Assembly (NCBI RefSeq): GCF_000150275.1 | Contig: NW_002060945.1 | Location: 4,699,397-4,763,396 of the forward strand | Reading direction: 5' to 3' | Origin: Trichoplax adhaerens | Taxonomy: Eukaryota; Animalia; Placozoa | Length of the DNA: 64,000 nucleotides | Part shown: piece after piece, positions 17,901 to 31,243 of the stretch | How positions within the stretch are numbered: the first letter of the stretch is position 1 | How the letters are laid out: each line of letters opens with the position of its first letter | Program-made: the position numbers and the translations under genes | Notes under the pieces: generated by a model | Databases searched by the model: none | What the model saw: the letters and a program-made list of their open reading frames with translations, nothing else | Told to the model about the DNA's origin: nothing

Positions 17901-18647
17901 CAGATACAGAGGTCATGACCATGCGGCAGCTCTATAATTTAGCATTATAAATGTAAAAATCAAGCTGAACGTTACTGATATTACAATATCACACAATCTA
18001 ATGCAAATAATTCATTGTAGATTTATCATTGCATACATAATGTTATACAGCATCTGCATTTAAAACAGTATAAAATTAGCTTTAATGCATTGAATGTAGA
18101 GTCTAAAAACTGCAATATTCGATCCAAACATGCATAAACTTACAGAATTGAGAATGTTGAAGTCAAACTCAAAGATTTTATTATATTTGGAAAGTCCTTC
18201 TTTCTAGAATTAGGCATTACAATAATAATATAAGTTAACACAATAAATTTCATACTCATACTCATAAACATCTGCATATCGAGCAGCATTATAACACTAA
18301 GCCAATTCTACAGTACCAATGCACTGATATCTAGCAGTTACAGCAATTGGATGACATAAGCAATGCAGCTTTAAATCGATTTTATTCGATTGACTAGTAT
18401 ATTATTATTTATTTATTTGTTGAAAGGCTTTATGTGACCGCAGCAAATTAAAGACTGATAAGTGCTACTGCTCCCGTATGAACCGTTGCTATCGAATATT
18501 GCGGTATAGTTATAGTAGAATTCAGCGTTCATGTTTGCAATTTCTAGTCATCTATCACACCTTAGTTAAATTGCCACGCGACATAATCCTGGAAAGTGAC
18601 TTAGCTGCGTCATTTTTCTCAGCAACATTTAGTATTCGGCGATGCAT
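11985..18647 (-). CDS. TOP3A: DNA topoisomerase III alpha (type IA), ~33 short exons, two C-terminal GRF zinc fingers
   Basis: First exon 18561-18647 MHRRILNVAEKNDAAK (TOPRIM); MTSVSGHL; IWTDGDREGENIG; DVRQELDLRIGAAFTRFQT; SYGSCQFPTLGFVV; catalytic GFISYPRTET (~15250); HPPIHP; GIGTDATHAEHIETIKAR; GYDSMGFEMSKPKLRAELE; GRF fingers CNC...GPNCGRQFYKC...CGFFLW and CLC...GANKGRQFYCC...CTFFKW; last exon DYYGDDPYEEDYD* ends at 11985. A longer N-terminus may exist (see findings). Confidence 0.96.
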
Positions 18648-18908
18648 GACACTGTTGATACTGCGAGAGAAGAAATGGATCCTCTGACAGACAGTAGAAT
18701 GCCTTCAATAAAAGTATCACAAGACAAAAATAAGCCAAATTTTTTTTAATTAGCTCTCTTATGGGTCTCTACATGTGGATAATTAATTAGTGAAACACTA
18801 ATATGACTGATTACAGCATGACTTTGACTTTAGCAGTTCTGCTGCTTATTGTCGACTTGTTGATTTTCGCACTGTTATCTTGTTTAACTATTACAATATT
18901 GTGACCCA

Positions 18909-19120
18909 GTGTACAATGTACAGTGTACAGTACAGTATATCAATATGTACTGTACTGTACTGTAGCTACACGTGACGTGTGAAACGTACTGTACTGTACT
19001 GTACGGTACTGACAGTGTACAGTACAGTACTGTACTGTACAGTACAGTACACTAGCATTACACACCGTACTGAGTCTACTGTCTACAATGTACAGTACAA
19101 TACTGTACAGTACTGTATAG
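18909..19120. repeat. Degenerate quasi-palindromic (TACAG)n/(CTGTA)n microsatellite upstream of TOP3A
   Basis: Alternating runs gtacagtacagta / gtactgtactgtactgta over ~210 bp; gives rise to the spurious ORFs 18940-19125 and 18979-19194. Confidence 0.9.
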
Positions 19121-21239
19121 TGCACACTTCAGCTGCAGGCCAACGAGTATTGCCATGTCGCGAGAAATTCTCATTGAATCGTAGCCATGTCTAAAAAAAA
19201 TAGTCCAAAAAATTCATTTAAGGAATCAGAGATAATTTACGCACACTCAAAAATTAAGAGAAAATGTAGGCAAAATTTTATACTGATACATGTCTCCATT
19301 GCTAAATGGTTGTACAACACTGTATAATTGGTGCAAAATACGTGCTGAAGCTTAAAAATTGCCGACAATATTAATTAAAAGGACAAGGAATGCCGGTCGG
19401 TACTCAATGCACGACGTATCGACAGTGATGTTCTACATCATGATTACAATTGGTATGCAGTATACGAGTTGTATTCAATTAAGAAATTAGAGATCCACAT
19501 AAAGAGAGTCAATTTTAGCCAAAGCTAACTGGCTGTACAATATCCGTACATTGGATGGTCAGTGAAAAATATAACAATACTTCGTTCGGACAACTTGAAG
19601 CTTAAAATAGCTTATATGTCATACATTGACAGTAAATTTAAAAAGAGTATTCATAGGCATTATGCGATGATGTGCTGCATCATCGCTAACATTATACCAT
19701 CATCTAGTAATGTAGTGTATCGAAGGATTCAAGGACTAATTACAAAAGAAAGAAAGAATAAATTTTGACAAAACTGTGCTGATATACGTCTCTATTGCTG
19801 ACTTTTTACGGTATACAGTACTTTGAGTGAAAAATTCGCTATTCTGTTAACAAAATGATCAATACCAGGAACCGTATCTGTTACGATAACCTCTACCTTC
19901 TGAATTTTCTTTTAATTTATTCTTTTGTACGGATTATATTCCCGTTCAAATATTTAAACTGGTAATTTTACTACTAATATTAAATTACTATTTACAAATA
20001 GGCTTGACAGACGGCAATTTAATATTACCTTGATACATACGATAAGCCTACAGAATAGTATAATATTTGTATACTCGTAGAAGGCCGTTAACCGATTTAC
20101 TGTATACTACGCGTATATGAAATTAGCGTTTGTGAGAAGACTTGTACCTAAGTATAATGTTGCTCTATTGAACTTTACAAACGAACTACAAGCACAATGT
20201 AATAGTTTCAGCTTCAATATTACGGTAACGGAAAGACACAGTCATCAAGTAGGAAAAAATGAATAAAAAACAGATAACTACTTCTAATACGGCAGTGCCA
20301 TCTTCTTAGCAAGTCGGGATTGAAGTATTTACTTACGGTTAATTACGCCTACACTTATACAAGTACAGTATACCTTTTCTAATAAAGCCTATCTCATGTG
20401 AACGATCAAACTCTAGGAAAGCACTACAGTCTAATTTATCTTTGAGATATCAACATTGCAGTATCATTTAATCATTACGGCTATGGAATCACAAATATGT
20501 AAATAATTAATTTAGAGGCCTAACTCCTTCAGATTGAGAGGATGTTTATATCAGGTTTCGGAGTAAAAGAAATTGAAATTTCGTAGATCTTACTTCACAC
20601 CCTTGACGAGCATTACAGTATTTATTATAGTGTGAAAGAGTGCCAAGTGCCAACCTTTACTAATATAACTTGTAACAGCCCCAGGTTACTGGACGTGGGC
20701 ATAAATATTAACATTAAAAAAATAATGATGCACTTATGATTTAATCTTTTAAAAAGTGGCCTTCTTATACACTTCCCTGACATTTCTGCAGAGTACTGAT
20801 TATTAAAATAGTATTCGTTATATCGCTAAAGGTGGCCACTGGGCCTTTAAATTTTGATTTCATGTAATATTCTGATGAAAATTGAATAAACATAGAATCT
20901 TTATAGAGTTTTCTACACAGCCATTTTGATAGTTACATTTTCTTATAACGGTTGTTATCGACAGAGCAAGCTTTGCTTGCATACGACAGCGATCCTTAGA
21001 CACATTATAATGATTGGTATAGAATTGACTACAGTACTAAGGACATTCTACCGCACTGTAGATATCTTACAGTACCTGCTAATCTTAACTTGGTATGTCC
21101 ATCACCATACATTAGTTATCATAATGTGCTCTGGACCATTAACTAATCTTAATATAGCATAGTATATTACTATTACTGGGATATATATAATATCGAATGA
21201 TAATACTATCTGTTAATTTTATTAACAAATTGACCATAA

Positions 21240-21289
21240 NNNNNNNNNNNNNNNNNNNNNNNNNNNNNNNNNNNNNNNNNNNNNNNNNN
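21240..21289. other. Assembly gap (50 N)
   Basis: Run of N characters. Confidence 0.99.
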
Positions 21290-21329
21290 GATACCTCTAC
21301 ATAAATTTTCCCTCTACCTCTATAATGTC

Positions 21330-21750
21330 TTCTGTGCTTATGTTGAACAATAACATTCAACAATAAAGTCATCCCACCAACACCTTCGTAATTTCACTTA
21401 TCAAGATTTTAAATTGATTTGATGGGCTACATTTAGTACTAACCAATATATATTCATCATGATAATCAAGATACTGTCAAAATTTACTCGATTTTTAATT
21501 GTTATACGTCAATACCCGTATGGCATATCAATGGCGCTAAAAGGATAAAGATCGACTTAATTCAAGACGACTATACCTAACGTGCTTAGTCTATGTTGAA
21601 TTATAATGAACAGCAAACAAAGTTATCCTATCAATGCCTTCACAGTTTCATTAATCAAGATTTTTAAAATGATTTGATAAGCTGCAACTAATACCAAGCA
21701 ATATTTATTGCAATGAACTTATCCAATGGATGTCAAAGTCCACTAAGTTA
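21330..21750. repeat. Diverged direct duplication, copies ~21330-21490 and ~21585-21750 (~255 bp period)
   Basis: tatgttgaa...aaagtcatcccaccaacaccttcgtaatttcacttatcaagattttaaattgatttgat versus tatgttgaa...aaagttatcctatcaatgccttcacagtttcattaatcaagatttttaaaatgatttgat. Confidence 0.75.
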
Positions 21751-22710
21751 TTATCGGGCTTGTTGATATTGACTCCCTTCAGATTCTTATTTTAGCCACC
21801 ATCAACACCTAATTTCTGATATTTGAAACACCACAAGCAATTTCAGTCTATCGTACGCATATATATGTCTTACATGATAGTCATACTTTATTAATATCAC
21901 ACCTAAGTTAAAGCTAAAGGTTACGATATGATATGCGACATAAACAGAGATCAAAGATAATCTTACTGTATGTTATGTAATTTTATCAACTCTAGTCATA
22001 ACAAGTTGTGAGTAAATAGTCATCATTTTATGTGCACTTTAAATTAGCTACGGTTAATGATGCCAATTTAATGAATCTTAATACATGTAGTGCAATATAA
22101 TGTAGCATAACTTCCCTTGCAATTTATGCATATTGACTACAGTATTATACCATATATACAGTAAAATATGTTAAAAAGAAGTAAATATCATAAAACACTT
22201 GTAATTTGTAAACATCTTGATCTAGTTCTAGATCGTTTCTGAATGACACCGGCTAGATTGGTCCGTGAATTCGGACGATAAAAAAATGTCATAATGTTAT
22301 AATTTCTTTTGAAATGCACTATAGTCAGGAATAATTTACGATAGAATTAATAATTCATATTAACCACGATTTTCGTAAATACATTTGAAACAAATCCCTA
22401 TACATAAAATGCGAATTTCTACGGGCAATCTCGAATTATTACCAGCTGATGATACACTAGATTACTGCGTTAAATTATAAATAAATTAGTGTAATAAAAT
22501 AACTTAGTAGGATACAGGCTGATTTTCTACATCATGGCCGAAAAGCATTTATCATTTTTAAACGTTGAAAGAAGTTACTTGTAGTTAATATATGAATGAC
22601 AGGGCAACATAGACATGCAATATCATTAAATTACTTGTTCTGTTTAATTTAATTTTCTCAAAAGTTCAATATATGAAAGTGCAGTAAAAGGAGAATTGAA
22701 ACCATTAAAT

Positions 22711-23745
22711 TTAATTTAAACTTGTACCATTCCGTACAGTAGTAAATGAGCTTATAGGAGGAGAACGGCTTGTGGGAGATACTTGCTTCTTACTTCTAAC
22801 CGATCTTTGAAACTGAAAACTCTCCTTACAAACATGTTTAACAAAGGTTTTTCTAATTTCCGGGTTTAAGTAGCCATACATGACTGGATTGATAAACATA
22901 TACGAAAAAGAAAGATAACGTAGCCCTTTCATGTGATCAGTTAAGTCTAATGGTATTCGAAAGAAATGGACAAAAAAGAAGATATGATAGGGTAAACACA
23001 TAACAGTAAAAGCACATACAACTACAGCCATATAACGAGCAGCTCGAACATTTCTTACTAGCGTACGCTTAGACACATTTTGACGGCCAATATTAAATTT
23101 TCTAATATGCCTGTTAGCAATAATGAAGATATGACCATAGACAATCAGCATTGATACTAAAGGTAAAAAGAATACTACACAATAAATGACTAAATAGTAA
23201 GCTAGCTCTGACTCCTCTTTAAATATATTACGTACAACACATAAACCTTTTAGAAAATAACGATGTGACCAAAATGGAGCTGCAGCTGCAATTAAAGCGA
23301 TTAACCATGATATTGAGATAGCAATTACTGATGATCTAATAGTTATATCTTCAATATAACGAAATGGGAAAAGGATAGCATAATATTTTTCATAGCTTAT
23401 TAAACACAAATGAAGACATACTGCTACATCGAACAATACGTAAAATTGCGGCAACAATGTACAAAAAATTGAATTATTAAAGCGAACATCTTTTCGAACA
23501 AATCGTGGAATAAGATATAATGACGCCCAAAGTATTGCTGCAGTGGACATGCTTATAATTATGACGTTAGTAGCTTTCCATAGATTTCGATGAAACAAAA
23601 TAACGCATAACAAAATTGCATTATTAACAATTGTTAATATGGCAACAACTAAAAGAATATATTGTTCTTCATCCCATGTATAAGGTTGTTTAACTGGCGG
23701 AGTCCTACTGTTTATCGTTGCATTGATTGAAGCACTAGAAATCAT
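22711..23745 (-). CDS. Single-coding-exon class A (rhodopsin-like) orphan GPCR, 344 aa, paralog 1
   Basis: Seven hydrophobic segments; N1.50; TM3 C3.25...HLCLISYEKYYAILFPF; TM4 W; ECL2 Cys; TM5 FFLP...Y; TM6 MCLPY; TM7 INPVMY; N-terminal NxT sequons. Confidence 0.93.
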   Translation of the reverse strand: MISSASINATINSRTPPVKQPYTWDEEQYILLVVAILTIVNNAILLCVILFHRNLWKATNVIIISMSTAAILWASLYLIPRFVRKDVRFNNSIFCTLLPQFYVLFDVAVCLHLCLISYEKYYAILFPFRYIEDITIRSSVIAISISWLIALIAAAAPFWSHRYFLKGLCVVRNIFKEESELAYYLVIYCVVFFLPLVSMLIVYGHIFIIANRHIRKFNIGRQNVSKRTLVRNVRAARYMAVVVCAFTVMCLPYHIFFFVHFFRIPLDLTDHMKGLRYLSFSYMFINPVMYGYLNPEIRKTFVKHVCKESFQFQRSVRSKKQVSPTSRSPPISSFTTVRNGTSLN

Positions 23746-26700
23746 CGTCGATTTTAAGAGGAACTATCGTTGTTAATGGATAGATTAGATATTTTGCTAT
23801 AAATCTACAGTTAAAAAAAGGCAGAAATACAGGAAATAATTAAAATGCTAATTTAATAATCGATTTAACAGAGCTTACATTATGAAATAGTAATACGAAA
23901 AGCATACAGTAAACATCCATAGGATATAAATGAAATTAGAGAAGTATTCGCGTTGGTATGGTATGCATGATATAACGAAATTTTATTTTACTTTAACAAG
24001 GCATTACGTCTTTATGGTGGTAAGATGTCGGTAATAAAGTAGAAATCAATCAATATAGCTACCGCTGTGGAAGTTAAATCAACATTACACTAATTTCTTC
24101 ATTTTTAATTTGATAAGGCAACAACGGTAAGCTAGTCATGCGAACGAAGAAATCAATAAAATTATCGTACCTTCTCGAAATAAACCAACTGTAAGTTACC
24201 GCTGATCAACCTAGGAAGTCATAAGAAAGTGTTAACCGTCTATATAAATAAAACATCTATCTACTATTCTTGTATTCTTACAACTAGTATCAACCAAATT
24301 TAAATAGTTATTGCATGCACAAGGTTTATAAAGTTTAATTCATGACGAAAGGCAATCAAAGATAACGTGCTTACTTGTAACACTCACACTTCAATTTTAA
24401 TTCCTCATCAAACGAGACGCCATTGCTGCAACAGTGCGGATCCGATACCTTTGTAAATGAATAAATCTCAATTTGTAATCTGTCAGAGAATTGCAAGACA
24501 GACTAAATTAGAGATAATTTCAAAGAATAAAATTTCAAAAGACACTATTAATCTCAACTTTTTATATACGGAAAATTATAGTTACTGATTACTCTCTATT
24601 ACTGCCTGTAACACATTAGATCATGTTGCCACCAGGTGTCTACGTTTCATCAAATCACAAATAATAATGCTGTATTTGCTACTATGTGAAATGCCCTTGC
24701 TACCTTGATCGCTGTAACAATATATAAGAAATATATGTTATATAGACCATGTATGAATACGTCTGGTCATAGCATTCATAAGTACAAGGTCCTTTCGAAG
24801 AACAGCAGGTGTTCTTAAATATCGATCAATTACCTTCTTCCGTAGTAATTATCATATTATTATTCCCTTATTTTTAAACTTGTTTTTGAATTTGATCATT
24901 TTCTAGATATAACATATTAATCTCACATATAAAATAGAACTTAGAATTGATATGGTATAAAAAGAAAAATTACATTAAGACTAGACATAATTAAATTTTA
25001 AATCTGAAAAAAGTCAAAATATCTGTTGTGTTTAATCATTTACGTGTGATATTGGAATCTACTGTATAATAATAAAATATAGATAGAAAGCATTAATGTA
25101 TTTGCGTCACAGAATGAAAAAGCAATTGTAACGCCACCTGTATATTTCTTACATACTGTACTAGGCAATAAATAGTTTTTCTGTTATAAATCATTTAGAT
25201 TAGGTTGATCTCTAATATAAATAATAGATTAAAATATTAATATGATATTATAGCATGTCAATAGCTTATGAACAAAGAGTTGGCCTTAAACTCCCTATAA
25301 TTCTGCTCCAGACATAATCTAAGGTCATTCAAAAAGCAGATCAGAAGTGTTTAATTTACTATAGATAAAGCTATACGAAGTACTTTTGAACTTTCCAATT
25401 AGTAGCGTTTGTTATGGAAGGAATTACTTTTAAGCTTATAAAAAGCATAAGTAAAAATAAATTATCAGCTAATGTACCTAAAGTAATTACTTTATCAGCG
25501 TTATGGAAATATGCTGACGTTTCAGATAGACAATTTCTACGTGCTAAAATTAGATAATCATGCGCTATAATCAATTAAATAAAACATTTTATAGCGACTT
25601 TTATTAGACGAATTTTATATAGTACGCTAGTTTTGAGATGATATCGCTGCGAAACGTATTATTTTAAAAAAAGACTACCAATAATTAAAAAAAATCGGAG
25701 ACCATAGTGTTAAATTATCAGAATCGTGATGAAGGTTAGGTTATGGAAAGGATTTAAATAGAGCTGAAAATAATTCAGTTTATTCTATCGTTATGCCTGT
25801 TTCCAATACGGCTTAGAGCTATTACGTATCAGCAAGATTAGCATAAATATTAATAAGCTAATACCGTTAAATTTTATTTTCAGAATTTGTCATATTTTAT
25901 AATATTTCATTAGAATTCTAAAGGTTTGATCATTATTTTACGATAATCAGCGACTTTATTTAGAGGTAGACAATTATTATCAAAAAGCGAAACTGAATCT
26001 AAAATGTACCCTTTATCTAAATTTTTCATTATCTATTAAAGATATTGCTGTAAAATTAAGAATAATAATGGTTTTATTGATCACTGCTTTCTTACAGTAA
26101 CTAAATATTACCTTAGCAACAGCCAACTCTTCAATTCATGCTAATCCGGTAACATTTGAAATATGATAACCTTTACCCATGAAATATTAAATGCTAGCTA
26201 TTTTAATACTATCTTTTCAATTGATTACCTAAAATGTCGGAAAATCAATCCTATTTCAAATAGAATGAAAGAAGCTATCTGATATTTTAATATGACTGTT
26301 ACACTTTCTAGTTTATCGTAACAATAATTTAATAGTCCAGTAGGGCTTGAGTACTGAACAATCACGAGTCCAATAGAGCTTAAGTACCGAACTAACTTTA
26401 TTATGCGTTAGGAGCCGTTATATATAAGAGACAATTACCAGTAATGTGCAATAACGGACATACCATGAATGTTAACGACAATCTTATCTTATTCATAATA
26501 AGATAACAACTTATTTTCTTAGATATGCTATCTAGGACTTAATCGTCATCATTACAGAACAACTGCAGAAATATACTGAATAAACAGGCTTCTTCAATAT
26601 GATAGATCTTATCGATACTATGTCTACAACAACTGTATTATTTCGTAACAATGACATAATATTACGCTAGCACGATACAATTCAATAAAATTTTGAAACC

Positions 26701-27437
26701 AACGTACAATTAATTAGAGTTATTAATTTGCCTGCTATTAATTATTTCAAAGAGTATAGGCGTATTGTGAAATTTTTGACAATTTCGGCATTGTTCAAAG
26801 ATATAAGGGATCCGTTTTTATTTTAAGCTATGTGTGTTCTTATTTCTATATTATGTGACAGTATCAATTTACACATTTTACTATGAGAAAAAATACATAA
26901 AAATTTAAACAGATGTCCTTAAAATATTATGCAGTATAAAAGTAATGGATGCAATACTGAGACTATTACGTAGAGCAACAATAAAGGCAAAGTATAGACG
27001 ATTTTAAATTAGTTAATTGGTTATGATATATTGACTTATTTGATTTCTTGCACTTAGCAACGGCAAAGAAACAAGAACCTCAAATATCGACAAAATGACC
27101 AAGAACAAATTATATACAAATCAAAAATCATTTCATTGAAAACACACTCTCATGGTTTCTTCACTACCACCCAGCTTATTCGCACTACAAATATTTGAAA
27201 TCTTATGGGTGTTGTTATGTGATAACGATTTCTATTCACATATATTTGCATATTGTTATCGATATTTCATGTCGGAAAGGCCATCATCTAATACATTTAA
27301 AACGGCCAAAGTATACACGTGTGAGGTTGATAGATCAAGAATCTTCAAAACTTTAGAAAATTAAGATTTATTGAACAAAACCTCGTTTACGAAGATGCAA
27401 CGTAATCGATTAGCTGAGGACCTGTAACAAGAAAGAA

Positions 27438-27475
<38 letters not shown>
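27438..27475. repeat. (TAT)n trinucleotide microsatellite, ~12 units
   Basis: tattattattattattattattattattattattatta read directly. Confidence 0.95.
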
Positions 27476-27476
<1 letters not shown>

Positions 27477-30400
27477 AGAATATTAGTATTATTTACTATG
27501 CTAAACTACTCGCTTATATACTTTTCCGCGCTTACAGTCTTAGCACCTTACTTACTACACACTTCAGTATTAGCATCTCAAATACAGGGTAGTTTACACC
27601 TTTCATGTGAAGCTCTAGTGTGAGCACTGTAGCGCTCCTCTTTAAAAGGATTGCAGTTACTAAGCTAGCTATATTTAATAATTAAGCCTCTAACGAGAAT
27701 ATCTATCACATGTTGAACACAATAACTATGGTAGACATTACTAAATATATCATCAACTTAGAATACAATATTACACTATCTTACAACACGATATCAATCA
27801 GTATAGGATATTTGATCAAAATCTAACAAACGGAAATAAAGCAATTTTGCAAACTAGTTCTCACATAATTTTTACATATAGTATAAAGATACGTCATAAA
27901 ATGAAATATAAAGAACGAAGAATAGAATCCAAATTGTACGTAATTTATAAAATATTTGATTAAATACTACTATCCAAGATTGAACCTTAAGTAGCAATAT
28001 TTAATTTTGAAATTTCGCTACTACTTAAAATTTATTTGTACAATGTAATACTGTAATACTGTAGAATACTATGTTACCATTTGTCTCTGTGCTATATCTT
28101 GTAAACACTCTCATTCTAGTTTTACTGAAAAGTTAAATTTAAAAGTTCGCGCTAAACTAGCAATAAGGTTGCCAAACTCTTAACGGAATACTAGTAGAAA
28201 ACTAAGTGTATATACCATAACATATAGTAACGACATTATCATTTCTTTGGTGTACACTTTCTAAACTATTTTAACTCAGATACTCAATACCTTTGCAAAT
28301 ATAACTATCTCATCTTTATCTAATCGTAAATGGCGTAATTACCTAATTTATCAATACTACTGTATATTAATTAATATTTATTGCAACTACAAGATAGAAA
28401 TGTTAAAGGACGTAACTATCTCATTTTTCAAGCTACTCGTGTACAGTATTATACCTTTATCAGAATTATCTACAGTATATCATATCAATCTAAAATAATT
28501 CTAGTAAGGCTGGGATCACCTTCATGGCTAATGCATCGGTATCTCATTAAACGAATCAAGACTTTGTAAATTTTGAGTTCTATTTTGTACTGTAAGATCA
28601 CTTGTTAACTGCTGATGATAGCAATTACTGTATTAATTCTATAATTGATTAGCTGAAATCTTTTTCCATTTAGGATGTTTCATATAACATATTTAACAGT
28701 ATATTATAGCATAGCAAGTCACTTTACTCAATGCCCCTATAACGTTAGCAAGATTAAATGACTTAAATAGCTATTAAGGTTAGTATAAGAGATCCTATAA
28801 TGGTAGAGATATCTTCTCTGTCTTGATGATAATAATAACGTTATCGAGTAAAAGTACATAAATAAGATAATCAGTTTTTATCTATACTGCATATGGAAAA
28901 GTAGATGGTTGTTAGTAATATGCAGCATGTTGGAGTCAGAAGCCGCTACTGTACTAGTTAAGAAGTTATAGTTGCTTGTAAGATAGTAGAGGATGTTTCC
29001 TTCGGTTGTATATAAAGCAAGCTCTTTCTGTTATTATTAGTTCTTTTCCTCCATTAACATTAGACTCCTAGTAAATTATAATGAAAGCTATTACTATCCG
29101 CTGACGTTTACTTTAGATTTGAATTTTAATACATTTGGTCCCAATAATACTGTATAAGAGTATGCGTTTCGTGGTATATTCATGCAATGTAAAACTTGGA
29201 TTTCAGATTTAATCTAAGATATAGTAAAGCATGGTTGATGCTTTACAGTAATATTCTATTCCAATAACTTAACAAGGACTACAAATAGTAACGGAAATCT
29301 GGTATTAGAAGAGTAATATAATTCACTCATATTCTTTATGGCGTATTAGAGTATTTAAATATGTGATTAATTTCATTCAGAAGTCTTGTTTCTACCTATT
29401 TCCAAAGATTATCTATCTAATGGCTATGAGACTGCAATTTTATAGTAATACTAAACCAGCTTGATTAGTTAATATTAGTAATGTCACATCTAATTAGTAT
29501 ATTTAGGAAATTTCTGTTTAAACAACTAATTGGAGAGCTCTAGCAGAGTATGTATTAGATAGGGTAAGACAGAGTTAATACCGAATGAATCATCAGACCA
29601 CCGTGTCAAATTTGTCTAGCACCAGAAGAACAGAAAATGTGATGATGTTTCACACATGATCACTAAGTATTGTTGTACTATTGATAATAATATACTTTCT
29701 CGTTAAAAAAATTAGTAAGAATAGTAATTTCTAACATTATTATAGAGATTATACTAATTTTATTTTCTAAATGGGTAGCTTTGGCTATTTTTACAGCTTA
29801 CAAGTATATTATCGTTTTCGTTTGATTCAATACAACACTAATAATGATGAAAGCTGATATGCTCCTTTACGATGAAAATGTTTACAGTATTAAGTTGCCA
29901 AACCGATGGCAGACTTATTTTACTATATTTTATTATAGTTTTCACTATATTTTATTTCTGTATTTATTCTACTATGCGCTATAAAACCTCCTGATTCTTC
30001 AGTTTATAAAAGTAGCTCAAGGTCTTACTAGGATATTTACCTGATAGCTTATATTTATCTGAAAGTATTATAACTAGCATGCCTACCGTTATAACGTAAA
30101 AATGATATTTCGAAATTTGATAGACGATGTTATTTTTCAAATATAACAATTTTATAAAATGCTATCATAGGCTAAATATAATCACTATCGGCTGCCATTT
30201 AAATAAATCGAAATTTCAATAAAAGGAAATAGAGACTGTTAAACCACATCATGAAAATGAATTATCGGTATTTACTCAGTAATAAATCTTTAGGCAGGAT
30301 AAATATCTAATTTCGATAAAGTCTGCGCCTATTTCAAGCAATATTTTCTATAAATAGAATATTATGTTATTGACTGGTGGAAACTTTACGATTATACACT

Positions 30401-31243
30401 CTACTTCGATATAATGGTAGTACGAATATGCTGTAATGGCACTAAAAATTGACACTATAGTAAACACAGGATTTTGGACGATATTGATTTTGAATTCGCA
30501 TATCAACTGCTATTAATAACATATATAGCTATCTATTTCATTCGCTAACTGGTTTCATTGATAATCAGAAATCTAAATGAGACTGCATCACAAAGGCTAT
30601 TAGTAAGCTTCGACTCTAGACTGATAGCCCGATGATTGATTACATAACTGAAAAAATAAATTATCAACCTTATTCAAAATTACTGCGAATAAATATACCA
30701 AATGGCAACTAATCGATCATGCTGTTATCTCTTATTTTTTTTAATTCGAGTATATAACAGTTATGGTACTGCGTTACCAGTTAGTAAAGTAGTCTAGATA
30801 AGGTCATGTGTTACGTTCAATTTTGCTAGGCTTGTAGTTAATTCTTTAGTGGTAGAATTGTGATATAAAACATAAACTGCTACGAGTTAATTTACTGTAG
30901 GTTGAAAAGCGTACTAGGCTCTAGTAATATAATCGAACCGTATATGAACTGAGGATGAGTATTTCAACACTCTAAGTTTTAGTTAACGCTAGAATTTACT
31001 GTAGAAATCTATTGAAGCGCGTATGGTTATAAAATAAAAGTAGAAATTACTTAAGAAGCGTTCAGGAGTCTTAATGTAAAGAAAAGTGTAGTAATTATTC
31101 AGTTGTCTGTGAAGTGCAGCCGAAAATCGAGTTCTCATATATCGCTCGCATAGAGACTGGAAAAACTGGGGAAGTAGCCCGAGTTATTGTACCTACGCTA
31201 TAGTTATTTACAAAATCTTTGCTACAAGAGAGGGTTATGACAA

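Noticed and set aside
18909-19120. CRISPR-like repeat array
   Set aside because: Pentamer simple repeat with no unique spacers or cas genes, in a eukaryotic context.
18940-19194. ORFs 18940-19125 (-) and 18979-19194 (+) with repetitive YCTV/VQYS peptides
   Set aside because: Translations of the TACAG/CTGTA microsatellite, which lacks stops in those frames.
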